Shown here: positions 50,196 to 62,948 of the stretch, piece after piece
Layout of the letters: the number at the start of each line of letters is the position of its first letter
Position numbering within the stretch: the stretch's first letter is position 1
Source: Lingula anatina
Taxonomy: Eukaryota; Animalia; Brachiopoda
Direction of reading: 5' to 3'
NCBI GenBank assembly: GCA_051362555.1
Contig: CM120646.1
Coordinates: 19,840,001-19,904,000, forward strand
Length of the DNA: 64,000 nucleotides
The notes under the pieces: model-generated
Database searches by the model: none
What the model was told of the DNA's origin: nothing
Seen by the model: only the letters and a program-made list of their open reading frames with translations
Made by a program: the position numbers and the translations under genes

Positions 50196-53100
50196 CTATA
50201 ATCGCGTATCATCATATTCATCCCTTGACCCCACCCTTTGCCTCCCCAGTGCCGGTTGACCAACCCCTTCCTGTACAAAGAAACGCTCAACTTTCTTCCA
50301 CAAACGCCCTAAACAAATATGAATAAAAACACATACGATGGGTCGCATGTTAACTATAACTAACTGCACCCACTGCGCAGCGTAATCAGACACCGGATTG
50401 TTCTTTAAGTGCAAGATACACGAGACTGTGAACGGGAACCAGCGTATGGCATCGGATAAGGCAATTTCAAAAAAGCAGCACATACTGCGAAAATCAGTTA
50501 GGGATGACGGAGATCTCAGAGAATACAACAAATACATAAAAACTCCTGCGAAAGTAGTCAGAGAAATTACAGACATTGACAGATATGTGATCTCAATCGC
50601 TAAAGAATTATACTGTATTTCAGTCATAAGACTGCTTAAAACGAAAGGATAACAGGTACCAGTATGGATTTCTACCTCCATGGACAAAAGAACACCAAAG
50701 GTTACTGACATGATGAGGACAACAATTATGCCAACGCACACTGTGCGCTTTAACAAATGTGCTTTTTCGATTCCAGCGGCCCGTAATATAATCGCCTGTA
50801 TAGCACCAAAAAATACTATTATAGGAACATAAACCTGAGGAAAAATGTAGAAAAAAGATGCAACATGACACGATGGGCTCCTCCGCCAGGAATTAGACAT
50901 GCTGGAATAAGGATCTGTCATCCACATACTGTTAACAAATATTATCGCAACTGGTATAATCGTTTGCATTTCAATGACATTCAATGCAACAGCAATTTCT
51001 TTCATCCGAAACAGTCCTTCAAGCCAAAAATACGATTTTAGCAATCCCAACGATGACACCACAGTAAGAAGACCAATACCAAAACAAGAGTGCTTAATTA
51101 CTTTATCCATAAACATATCCGAACACGAAGCAAAAAAATCAGCTTGAGACTGACATAAATTTGATTGATGAAACATGCAGCAGACTCTGAACGTATCTGC
51201 AATTACAATGCCGACATCACTTGGTGACCATTCCTGTTTGACTTCCAACGGGTTTCCAGACAGGTCAATCGACTTCACTTTGTGCCAGCCACAGAACAAC
51301 AATGCATTAAATGTCTTGATAAAGTTTTTCGATATGTTTAAAACACCAACGGAGACGTTACAAAATGAACAGTTGTCCAGGACAAGCAGTAGACCAGCTG
51401 ACAGATCAAGATGCTGCAAAGCAGGAAGATTGTGGAAACAATGTTGCGGAACGGAAGTTATTGGGTTGTTGCTTATGTTCAGCACTTGAAGAAAGATCAT
51501 ATTGGAAAATGCACCACTTCGGATGATGCCGATGTTGTTTTTTGAGAGATCAATCCAGCGTATATTGACAGTGTCTTGAAACATAGTTTTATGAACTTCC
51601 ACCAGTGAGTTGTTTGATAAGTCAAGATATAACAGTCGCGTGCAGTTATCCAGTGTGACCTGTGATACATGATTATCTTTTAAAATGAGACCCCTTACCA
51701 TATCTCTACCTAATAAAAGAGGCGCCTCAGTTAATCTACTCTGATTAGAATTTTGTGACCTCTTGAATACTGATCCAGGGCAAATTACCGAAAACCCTTC
51801 ACAAAAGCACTCGGGTGGACACTGAAAACCATAGAATGCTTCATCATCTCGCAGTTTACACTGAGGGATTCCGTCCCGCACCTGTCTCTGCGGTAAGCAA
51901 TTGTTTTGCCCCCGGCATCTGTACATACCTGGGCAGGAGTAGCTGTTACAGGCTATTTCGTCACTGCCATCGTGACAGTCTTTGACCCCGTCACAAACTG
52001 ATCTGACAGGTATGCAATACGACGACGGGCATTGGTGATATAAATCTGTGGGACAAGTGAACCCGTGGCATAATGGCGACGTTCTGGGGCCAAAAGAAAT
52101 AATTGGTATTCTGTCAATGTCCAAATTAAATATGGGCCGAGACACGTTTTGTACAAGGTGCTTCCCAGTCCTACAGGTTGATGATATGTCGTACGTATTT
52201 CTTTCGTAAAAGCAAGACGCGTTCCTATAGAACACCTGGACATTACTGTATTTTTTGCCGGATGAAGGCTCACCGAGGAAAAATGATTTTTCGTGATAAG
52301 AATATTTGTCGCAGGTGTGGTTGTGACACGTCCAGTTGTACTGATTCCCACAGTGATTAATCGATGGCTGTTGTAACGACCAGTCATCTATCTCGTCTTC
52401 TTCAACGGGCCCTAGACAGTCTACCACGCCATCGTGTTTCTGTGAATACGGGATGAATGTATCAGAAAAACAAGAAAAGAATTTCTTCCTGTAGGTATTT
52501 GCGCACTGTGCTTCATCTGAACCATCTTTACAGTGGGGTATCAAGTCGCATCTTTCGCTCATTTGAATGCATTCTCCACTGCCACATTGAATTTGATGTG
52601 CGTTACAAGGCGGATAGATACACCCTATCTCGTCTGAGTTGTCCAAACAATCAGTCACTTTGTCACAGAATCGGGACAAATGAAGATTATGTCCGTTCTT
52701 ACAACGCCGGAAATGAAGTAGATGACAGGTGACATTTTCGTCACTTCCGTCTAAGCAATCTTTTTGTCCATCACACCTAGAATCTATAGAAACACACGTA
52801 CCGTCTCCGCATTCAAACTGAAAATCAGAACAGGTATTATTTTTAGTTGTTTTCGACGACACTTGTCGCCTACTGCTTACACTGGCGTGCCTTGGGTATT
52901 CACATATCACAGTGGCTGCATGGAATTCTCGCGGGCAAGGAATCATGATCCAGTTGGATGAGTAGTGCGGATTAGTGACAACCATAGCTGCACATGATAT
53001 ACCATGGTCATAAACAGGATGCCTAGTGTTGAGAAGATTTGATCTTGATATGAATGCAAAGTCGTTAAGAACATTTTTGGAATATTTACCCGCAGTTCGA

Positions 53101-56100
53101 AAGCGTTCCTCTATAAACAGTTTGTCATAGTTTGGATGGTACCAGTCCGAAAATACAAGTGGTGTGTTGTCTATCCAGCGGAGTACTTTCTAAAAACAGG
53201 TAACAGAATAAGATTATACGTATATACTGTACACTAGTACATGCTAACATTATGACTTTGGCCGATGCCAATCGAGAAACTAAACCTTAAACACAATAAG
53301 TCCAGGCAATATATACTGAAACAAATTGCAACAGAAGTGATTTATCCGCAGTGCATTTATTCGAAGTTCCCAAAATAACATACTTAATGTCCAAAGAAAA
53401 GCATACCTCTCTATAAAAGTACCGTAATGAAATCCATGAAACCACTATCGATTATATAAGCATTGCTATTTACGGCCATTCCAAAACGAGATTGCATAAA
53501 TATTACATTATAAGATTATATATGTAAATTATATGTATATTATATATTTAAAATTAATCAAATAAGCCAAAAACTAGCAAATGGTCACGAAAGGTGTTGT
53601 GCTTGATTTTCAGACACTGAAATCGAAATGACGTTTACCGTGACACAGTGTAGCACATGCATATATATATACCTTTACTGGACACAATTCCCTCACAAAG
53701 TATATTGATTGATGCGTCTTAAGAATTCACATTTCACCGGAGTATACGTTGTTTTAGATAATTTAAATAGTTGTTAAAGAGGTTAGGTGAAATCAATTCT
53801 AAAACGTTATCATTTAGAGCGTTCAAAATGCCAGAAGGAACATTTTTTTCAAACAACGTTTGCTCCTCCAACAAAAGCTGGTCTTTTCTTCTTGTTTCTT
53901 GAGAATGATTTCAAAGCTGATCCAGATTTCGCCTTTAAACATATTATCGAACTCGTTGGTTGGATACTTTCCCATGCTTTAGGCCCTACGTGCTGGTCTT
54001 TTTACCAGTAGTTAAATAGTTTTTTTTAAAAAAAGTTTATCCTTTCCCATAAGAAATGAGCGTTTAAACTTTCTAAAGTAATTTTTTCTAGAAATTTGGT
54101 CCGTTACTGAGACTTGATTTTTAAATGTGACATCTCAACTTTTATGTGTGACATTTTGTATCGTGTGTACGACTTATTTATCATGGACAAATGACAATAT
54201 TTTTCTTGTACATTGTACATGTATCCTAAGTTAGAGAAAAGCACAGGAAGTTCATTTATAAGCATTATGTTCCTTTCTATTATCTACTTTAAAAACGTCA
54301 TGGAGGTTACGGTTTACTGGGCGACAATGATAAAGTACAACGTAACAAAGAGAAATATTAGATAAAACATATTACATATGAAAAAAGAAACATGTCTGCA
54401 AATTAATGTAGGACAAACATGCTTAAAGATGGAAACATATGCACGTTATTATTATTATTATTGGCAAATCCGCTATATTACTAAAGCGTAGAAATTGTGC
54501 GTTTCGCAGCATCCAGTATAGATGCTCGGCGTTCCCGTTCTACAATGTGCATTGTTGTTTTATATGCAGAACACACGTTTTCCCAGTTGAAAAGACAAGA
54601 CCAAAAATTACATTATTTCACAGAGTTTTATTGCTGCAAATGGGCTGCGACAAGTATTATTCGGAATTGAAACTCTTTTCGTGGAATGGCTGTTTATTTC
54701 TGCATGTAGATGATCTGTAGATGGATGTGTGTCTAGATAAGGCAACGAGTACTCTATCGCTGGTGATATTGCTTAATTACGTACCTGTTTCTCTCGCCTT
54801 AGACCCAAGAACAGGAGGAACCGGTGTTTGACGTATATCTCCAAAAACCACTGCGTATTAATAACAGTTTGATTCAAAACAGCCTTTAAAGTTAAATCGT
54901 CCAAGGCGGTCGGTAGGTCGCCTCCACTGGCCAGACACAGCTCACGCGATCTTAACCAGGTAAGGGGCGGTCTCGCGTCTTCGGATTGTAATTTGGTAAG
55001 TAATTTATAGCATTTTCCAAAGATACACGACGCTTTGATACCGTAATGAAAACCTTCAGTTAAGCTGTCAGAGATGTCAACATAGTTTTCTAGATTGTAA
55101 GAAAGGTCAAAGTCTGTTATCAGCCGTGGGTTGAAGTCAGCGGGGAGAGGTTCTAGGACAATACAGACTGTCCACGCACTGAGAGTGTTCCAAGTGTATT
55201 TAACCAAGCCACCGGAGTTTTCATTAAATTTCAAGATAAATGTCGGTGTGCTAGCGAGTATGCGACCTGTGGGAGCTTTGTTATGCCTTTCACCTGAGGT
55301 AGATGCGGAATATTCTTCTATTTTAAGTTTGAGTTCAGTCCCATTGTGCCGACATTGTCTTATTCTGAATTTCAGCGAATAAAAGCACCATTTGCAATAC
55401 CTGTCCTTTTTCAATGTTATTGTATATGTAATTCCGGTATATTGTCGTCCACAAAACCCGAATAATACACCCGTAGATTTTGTAACCGTTTCGTTGCGCG
55501 CTCTTACTTCACTGGTTGCAAAAGATGCTTCCGAAATCTCTAAATTATTTTTTGACCACAGGACATTGGTAAAAGATAAAGATGAACAAAAAGTATGAGT
55601 CATTATAAAGTAATCGAAACGCCTTAATGTTGTTATTTCGAACACTTTACCCTCAAATCCTTTGCTGTGTGCTCTGTAATAGAGGATACATTGTATTCGA
55701 ATAGAATCCCGCCATCTTTGTTCAAAATGTATCGCCATTTGAGTATCAAATGTGAAAAACGTATACCGCTGTTTTAGAATTGCCAAATAAATTAACAGCA
55801 TTCCATGAACTTGACAATCTGATCTAATCGGCACTCTCACATTTTCAATAAATTCATGGCCAGAACTTCCATTATATCTTGTTTGGCATGTGCTGTTACT
55901 GCCAAAATACAGAAAAGCAACGGACTGCCCGTCTGATTCATTCCAGTGCACAATATGGCTGTTTTCACGCCTATAGGACAAACTGAATGTTATGTTACGT
56001 TTAGGTATTAAACACGACCCACTGACATTGTCAAATCGAAAGCAGTAAAATATTACACGTGGTCGACTAAAATAGATAACCGCCTTGAGTTTTTCCATAC

Positions 56101-57403
56101 CATCCCCATAGTCCATGCTATCGTAGTTGCAACTCGGCCCGACCACCGCCAAGTTATTTTGGAAGTCACTGTAACCAGTAAATACTATCCCAAAGAAAGG
56201 GCAATATTTTCCAACCATTTCGTACGGGATAGCAAAGGGTGATATCAATGTGCGAAAGTTGCTTTCTAAACTAACCGTGTAATTTGAGAAAAGATCGATA
56301 TCATAGCGAACTAAGGGTTCATGGGTTGCAGTTAAACTAACTGAAGTGTGATTAGTGAGGTTTGTACAAGACGTGTCCAGGCTGCCGTCAGCATTTCTAG
56401 AAGATTGGCATACTGTTCCGGGCGTATGGCGTGTTACAAAAGACGTGTAGCGGGCAGCAAACACCCATGGCGTAGGGCCCGGTGTGTGCCTTTCCTCAGT
56501 TAAGTTAAAATATGCATTCCAACCTATTGTGCGGATGGAACCATTTTTCAATGAGATCTGAGCGTCAGTGGGATACAAAATTATCCTGGATCCTGGAGGT
56601 CCTTCATATACTTGCAATGTATACGGCACAGAGACGTTTGAAGAAACGTTTGAATACATTTCCCAGTGCAGAGAAATTTTATCACCATCTCGAGCACTGA
56701 TATGAACGTGATATTCCACTTTACTATCGCACTGCGTCGAAATTAGCTCTGTTTTTGGATGAAACTCGCCTTGGCGTGAAGACAAAACTGTAGGTAGTTG
56801 AAGCTGATGACATTCTGAAAATACTGCATGAGATTCGATTTGAAATCCGGAAAATTGGTCATCATAATTTGTAAAAAATTCCACGCAGACCTTATTTCCG
56901 GATAGGGTGAGTTCCGTTGAGTTGAGATATGTCAGCTCTCCACAAAATTTACCGAATAGACGGGAGTCATCACATGAGCCGATAGATACGGAAAGATAAT
57001 CGTTGCAATACTCTAGTGAGAAATTGTTAAATCTTAACTTTACACCGCTACCCTCAGTTGTGGTTAACTCCCATCTCTGTCTGTGCCCCGGTGGATAAGA
57101 ACCTTGGCCAAAATTTGGACTTTGAATAACACCGCATATCCAAGTGTTGTCCATAAATGATGCGCCACCCTCTCTACGTGTATTCGTTAGTCCCCCACAC
57201 TCGTCCAAGGCACATTGTTCAATTAATTTCCACGCTTTATAATCCGTCAGCACCGGTAATTGCAACACAGATCTCTTCAAGCATTCGCGAATTAATGAAC
57301 GCGCATTAGACGCTGTTAAGGGACTAATGTGATCACTGACACCACATACAGAGAAAATCGTGAAAACTGAAAGTAATATGTACCACGTCTTTTTGATTCC
57401 CAT
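50196..57403 (-). CDS. GRL101-like LDLa/LRR GPCR with N-terminal CUB and C-type lectin domains, 2 exons, ~1870 aa
   Basis: Exon 1 57403-54785 (ends CAG|GTACGT) and exon 2 53189-50196 (after TTTTTAG|), phase 0. Signal peptide; CUB ([27 protein letters not shown]); CTLD split by the intron (GKCYK..W..SRELC..GGDL..FLGL|..WIDNTPL.FSDW..C..W..PC..ICE); ~7 LDLa repeats (CDG..DC.DGSDE); LRRNT CPPECFC and ~7 LRRs; 7 hydrophobic helices with WRRSPSC and TCYP motifs. Confidence 0.9.
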
Positions 57404-57921
57404 CGCCAAATCTCAAATCGACTGCCGCCTATGTAGTGCTGCACGCATCTGGCACGCGCGAAAAAGCGTCACTCTTTTACTTGAGTAATCAGCAAATGGG
57501 CGCCGTGCAATCTGATAATGGTTCTTTTATTGATTCCGATACATTAATATTTGAAATAATGAGACAAATGTGTTAAAAGTGGTGAAAGTCATTACTTGGT
57601 TTAGTGGATATGTGTGTATTATGGCTGTTTTAGAAGACGCTGTCTCACTGCCGTACCGGTTTGACGTGACAGAGTGCCCCCCATGATAAAGGGTCAGGTT
57701 CCCATTAATTTGCCCAGGCAAGCCTCACCCTAAATTTTGACTCATTTACGTCAGGCCAAGCCTATCTTGTATAATTAATTGGGGGGTGTACTCTCTGTTA
57801 CACGGACCCCAAGTTTTGTCACACGCGGTGTCAAATTTTAGTTAGTTTTTTTTCTTCTTTTAATCTTGTTCCCAAGTAGTCTTTTATTATTCCTAAATTA
57901 TGATAAAAATGATTAAAAATA

Positions 57922-58304
57922 TGACTGCCCCCTTGGGGTTAATGATTATGTGTTCCATATATTGACCTCTTGAGTATGACGTCACGTTCCAGATCTGGTT
58001 CAGGTGATCAAAAATAACATACACCACTTAGGGAGTAAGCTATTTGGAATTTTGCCATTTTTTGACAATATATATTTTGCATTGAATTTATAGAGGTCTT
58101 TTACAGCCGTTGTCGGGCAGGTCGAACACTAAATGAAGATAACGCTTTTTTTCTTCCGAAAGGATTTTGATTGATTTTTTTAGCTTTATTCATCATACGG
58201 TACGTAATCTCTACATGGTGCCCCTTGATATCAGTATCAGGTAAAGATTCGCGTGGATGCTTCAGCTGAGTCTTGTCCGAATGAGGACGGATATCAACAA
58301 TCGC
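57922..58304. repeat. dispersed ~380-bp repeat, copy 2 (same orientation as copy 1)
   Basis: Matches 47535-47911 along its length. Confidence 0.9.
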
Positions 58305-58639
58305 AATTAGAATTGTGACGCATTAAAATTATTGATAGGAAAATGATTGCGCTGCATTATCCAACCCACAGGAGGGTCTCTAATCAGTGCCTTTTGACAA
58401 AAGAATCCCTTCATAATAATTTGCTGCAGACTGAATTCTAATTTTAGGAGAAAAAATGCAGTAAAGTTGTTTTAGATGCGTTACATGGTCGGTTATGGAA
58501 AATTATGTAAATCACGCTGCGGTTGTTCTATTTTACTGCTGAACGCAACATAATGTTACACGCTGCTTTCATACAAAATAGACTCGGCATAATGCACATT
58601 TTAAACTAAAAATTTCGAATTAGAATTATTTTGAATAAA

Positions 58640-58958
58640 TCTTGTAGGGGCGGGGCAGGTTTTATTTTGTTTTGTTTTGTTTTAGATTAATTTTTTGAAC
58701 ATTGTATAATTACTCGAATAGTCGTTTAGCTCGAAAAAAGGGTGTCTAAATATACAGTACATTTTATTAGATAATAACACTTGTAGTCGTGACACGAAGG
58801 CATCTAGCGTATCTTAAATAATTTTGTATTCGAATTACTTTCGTCTTTCTTTACGCAGCAATTCCCAGTTCGTCCAAAACACGAGTAAAGATGGCCGCCA
58901 GTTCTTCCGCTGGTCTTCCACTGAAGTTTGACAAAGAAATTAAATTTTCATCAATTCT
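58640..58958 (+). promoter_or_regulatory. candidate housekeeping promoter plus first coding exon (58891-58958) of a plus-strand gene
   Basis: GC box GGGGCGGGGC (~58647), ZNF143/Staf-like CAATTCCCAG (~58859), AAGATGGCCGCC start context, ORF MAASSSAGLPLKFDKEIKFSSI ending at donor CT|GTAAGT. No matching downstream exon identified in the window. Confidence 0.4.
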
Positions 58959-59018
58959 GTAAGTGATTAATATAGGAAACAGATAGGTTTTGTTCAAAGT
59001 GAATATTATCTAATCAAA

Positions 59019-59030
<12 letters not shown>

Positions 59031-59054
<24 letters not shown>

Positions 59055-59056
59055 AA
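59031..59056. repeat. (GAAA)n microsatellite
   Basis: Seen directly. Confidence 0.9.
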
Positions 59057-59467
59057 AAAATGACAGATGAGTTTAATGGATATAAAACTATCAATAATAA
59101 TTATCATTAATTATGTCAGTGACGCTCCTCAACAGTATTGTCATTTCCAGAAAGCTATGTATGGTGCCTTTTAAGTGATCTGGGAAAATAGTTTGATTCA
59201 GAATTTATGGTAAAAGAGGCATTTCTTCAAAATGATACATACAGTAGAGAAAAAATAAATAAACAAATGCGTTTGGTGATTTATTCCTAATTAATTTAGA
59301 GAAAGCGAAATTATTGGTCAAACAATTAGTTCATGCTGAAAATTAATTTAGATAGAATAATTTACTTTTCATTCGTGTATATTCAGTTTTTTTCTGACTG
59401 TCTACAGCAGAAATTTTTGTATTATAACGTCATTTAATTACCTGTCAGTGAATATTTAGAAGTTTAA

Positions 59468-59545
59468 GTCAGCCGCTTGTCGGACAAAACAAATACTAAA
59501 TGAAGACTAGCTTTTTTTTTAAAGGAATTTTGACTGATTTTTTTC
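59468..59545. repeat. partial third copy of the dispersed repeat
   Basis: GTCAGCCGCTTGTCGGACA..TAAATGAAGA..AAAGGA matches 47712-47780. Confidence 0.65.
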
Positions 59546-59709
59546 CCACTTTACTTATTATAAGCTCTTTTTCAAAGTCACAAAACCAAATTTTCAGAAT
59601 GCAATTTGTAAACTACAGTTTCCAAATCAACTCGTCAATCACAAATCGGTTTCATATATCAGTTACAGCTGTTATAGCTGTCGCGCCAGAATTGGTCTGC
59701 GTTGTTGAT

Positions 59710-62700
59710 TCACCAGGCGTACAGCCAGAAGTCGCAGTAATAACCCCCGGAGTAAACTCTTTGGACGTAATAATCTTGGGCCCCGTACCATCTTGCCGCG
59801 GCCGGAATACTGGAGCTTGCACAGTAGACGCCGGCAGTGCGCACACTTAAAGAACTTGCAAGTTCGCCCTTTATGTAGTAAACTCTGGCTCGCGCATCCC
59901 CGTAAGACTTCTGGATGACGGTTCTCGCGATCGACTTGACCTCGCTTACACTCTTCCTAACATTCTGACCGCGGGTGTTCTTCCACACGACGTAAGTTGT
60001 TCCATCGCTGGCAGTAGATTTCCTACTTAAGCCGTCGTCATCTGCGTACCAGTAGATATTTCTGGAACCGCTGCCACGAAAGACCAGCGCTGAACACCCC
60101 TCATAGGTATGGAAGATGTTGTAGCATTCGATGCGAAGGTTGTCGGCCCTTGACACGAAGTCGCCGCTCCCTGCGACTTTTTCGAGGTCCATGCTGTAGA
60201 ACTGGGTTGCCTGTCCTGAGGTGTAACAGTGAACAGATGGAGCCACCATCTACAACAAGAAAATACCAGGATTATTGATTTTGTCCAGTGGCTTTGGACA
60301 CAACTTAATGAAAGACGATACAAACAACGCCAGGTATGCCAGTTGAATAATCCATGTTTTAGTATTATATCGCATTTTATTGGATTGTATTGCATTTCAT
60401 TGCATTGTATCGTTTGTGACAGTTGCCAGTTACACAACTGGACATTCATGTAATATTTCGATTTCTCAGTAAGATATCAGTGAAGACAACAACCAGGAAG
60501 TGGGACAGAAAACCCGAGTACATAAGTTGTTGATACGAGAAAAGCGGGGGTAGCAGCAGACCTCCATTGATAACCTATCAGTCTACCTGCCTAAACCTTC
60601 ACCTTTGACATTAGGGCCTAACTCATCATATTGCGTGAACACAGACGCCAAGGACATGGTTGATTTATTTAAAATGTTGTTTCTTGTCAGGAAACTTTTT
60701 GAAAGTGGTGACGTGGTGCTATTTTCTTTCCTTTTTTAATAAACATTAAGCCTATATTCCGACAATTTAGGTAGCACTCCTTGGATTTTGTGCAAAATAG
60801 TTATGTACTAAATACGTTTGCTCAGTAAGAAATACATAGAAAAAAATTAATAACATGTAAAGTAAGATAAAGAGTCCACGAAGCAAACAATAACAACTGT
60901 TGAAACTTAAAATTATGAGAAAAAAAATACTGCAAGTAGGCTTACAGCTGCATGTGGTTGAAGTCAGCGCTATCCTCTTATGCTATGAGAAATTTGCGTT
61001 TGTGCTTCAAAATCTCTGGGTGCCAGATATATTTTGCAACATCGAAATTTGAGCTTAAAAGTCAAAACTTCCCAAATCATATGCACTCTTCCACCGTGCG
61101 TGCGTATGCATAGGCCTACAGCTTTGTGTTTCTGTCTTCAGTCGCCTGTGACAATTTTAAAAAAATTACGTTACTCGTTTTAACACACCTTTTGCCACTT
61201 GTAAGTTGATAGAGAAGTGTACATGATATCACTGGTATTCTGACAAGACCATTAAAAACAGCATTATTAATCCTGGCACCTTACTACTGAAAGCAGTATT
61301 TTGCCTTGTTAATCTTCTCTAAATAAAAACTCGAAAGTTCAGAAAAGCCCATTAAGTAGCACCTTGTCAGGGACCCCAAATTGTTGTGTATGAATACTTC
61401 CGTAATAATGCAGGTATGGTCTTATTTCTAAAGTTCATTTTAAAAGTCTTGTGTCTTGAATGGCTGATGTATGTGGTTGGATATTTTTGGCTGTTATGAG
61501 ATGGATTTGTGCCCCCCTCTGCACAGTATTTTACATTGTGTTCATCAGGGGGAGGAAGTGTGAGTGATCGGAAACGCAGTGTACAAAAGCATGGTATTTA
61601 TCGATATATCGATATGTCAACCCTTGCAATGCTGAATTAAGAATAAAGACCAAAATATGTTCTAATAGTGGTAAAAACGAAGTTGGAGATATTTTTGGCA
61701 CACTTCTATTATGTTAAAGGTGGAACACAGTTGGGTAAGGACTCTATTGCAATGATTTAATTCCGCCGGCAAGGGGCAGTTCTTGTTGTATTATCAGAGT
61801 TACGGGTTTGTGTAACTTTCGTATACGTAAAATAGGTGCATGACTATTATTTTATCAGGAGCAAGTGATATTTTTTAAGTCTGACATCCAAAGACTCTGC
61901 CAACTACATCCATACATACAGTAGTCGGTAATTTGACACCAAGGACCTGATAGTTACGGCGAATTACTTAAAGTTTATTTTACATACATGATTCCAAGCT
62001 TGCTGCTTGGAAAATTTGCTTATTTATAATTTGAATTTCCAGGTACACTTTTGTGGTTTTTGTTCTTTCAAAAGAAAACAAGAAAAGAAGAGAATTGTAA
62101 CGAAAAAAAATTTGTCATATTTCCTTTCTAGCATATATTGACCACAACTATAAATTATTCCAAATTATTCACTATCAAAGGAAAACGCGATTACCTTTCC
62201 ACAATTACGTAAATGGTAAAGGTTAAGTAATGTGGTCAATATGTTTTTCTAATTTCTAAAAATAAACAAGTAAAAGAGTAACATAAACCAAGGACTTCTA
62301 TCATCGTTCTTGCATAAACTGACCATGTCACGTAAATATTTACTGCTTGGATAGCGGTGATTTTATAAAGTTAATTAGTTCTATTTGTACATTGCAACGC
62401 ATGCATGATCCCAAAAATATGAATATATAATTCTAGTGTCCAAATAAGAATTCCAGTAGCTATAGTTTAAATATCCTTATAAATATTTGATATTAGTTAT
62501 GATGGCAATGGAATACAGTATTTACAGCAAATTAAATTCAATTTTGCCCTTAAAAGATTTGAAAAGAAAATATCCTTGATGTTTAAAAGATACATGTTTA
62601 AGATACATGTAGATGTACTTAGACAAAAAGGCAGAAAGAAATAAAGAAACGAATGTACCAACTTTGCGTTTTCGTACGTGAACTTAATGAACCTCTGATT

Positions 62701-62836
62701 CATCTTCCTATCTCCGCTATGAAAGTAGGTTTAACTAATTATCAAAACATTTCGATTTATTAAAAACAGTTCTCTCATACTATACAATATTCCTTACCAT
62801 AAGGGCGAACATGCCTATCAACACTTCAGTCTTCAT
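59710..62836 (-). CDS. orphan secreted protein, 2 exons, 192 aa
   Basis: Exon 1 62836-62798 (MKTEVLIGMFALM|GTAAGG) joins exon 2 60249-59710 (TTGTTGTAG|MVAPSVHC..) in phase 0, producing a complete signal peptide; TATA box upstream. Confidence 0.8.
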
Positions 62837-62940
62837 CTTTGCTTTTCACGTCAGCTTTTGGCAGTGCACAGGCAAAAGTTGGAGACGTTTGACTGGGTTG
62901 CTTACTGTCCAATTGGCATTTTCTGGCAGTGCTCGTTGTC

Positions 62941-62948
62941 TTTATATA
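62941..62948 (-). promoter_or_regulatory. TATA box of the secreted-protein gene
   Basis: Minus-strand TATATAAA about 105 nt upstream of the ATG at 62836. Confidence 0.65.

Noticed and set aside
54773-57409. 878-aa and 929-aa ORFs as two separate genes
   Set aside because: A C-type lectin domain is split between them, and a phase-0 GT-AG intron joins them in frame.
61142-61200. Plus-strand 59-nt exon-like segment as exon 2 of the 58891 candidate gene
   Set aside because: Joining in phase 2 gives a stop after two codons.
62132-62243. 12-bp inverted repeat ATATTGACCACA / TGTGGTCAATAT
   Set aside because: Too short, with no TSD or extended pairing, to call an element.
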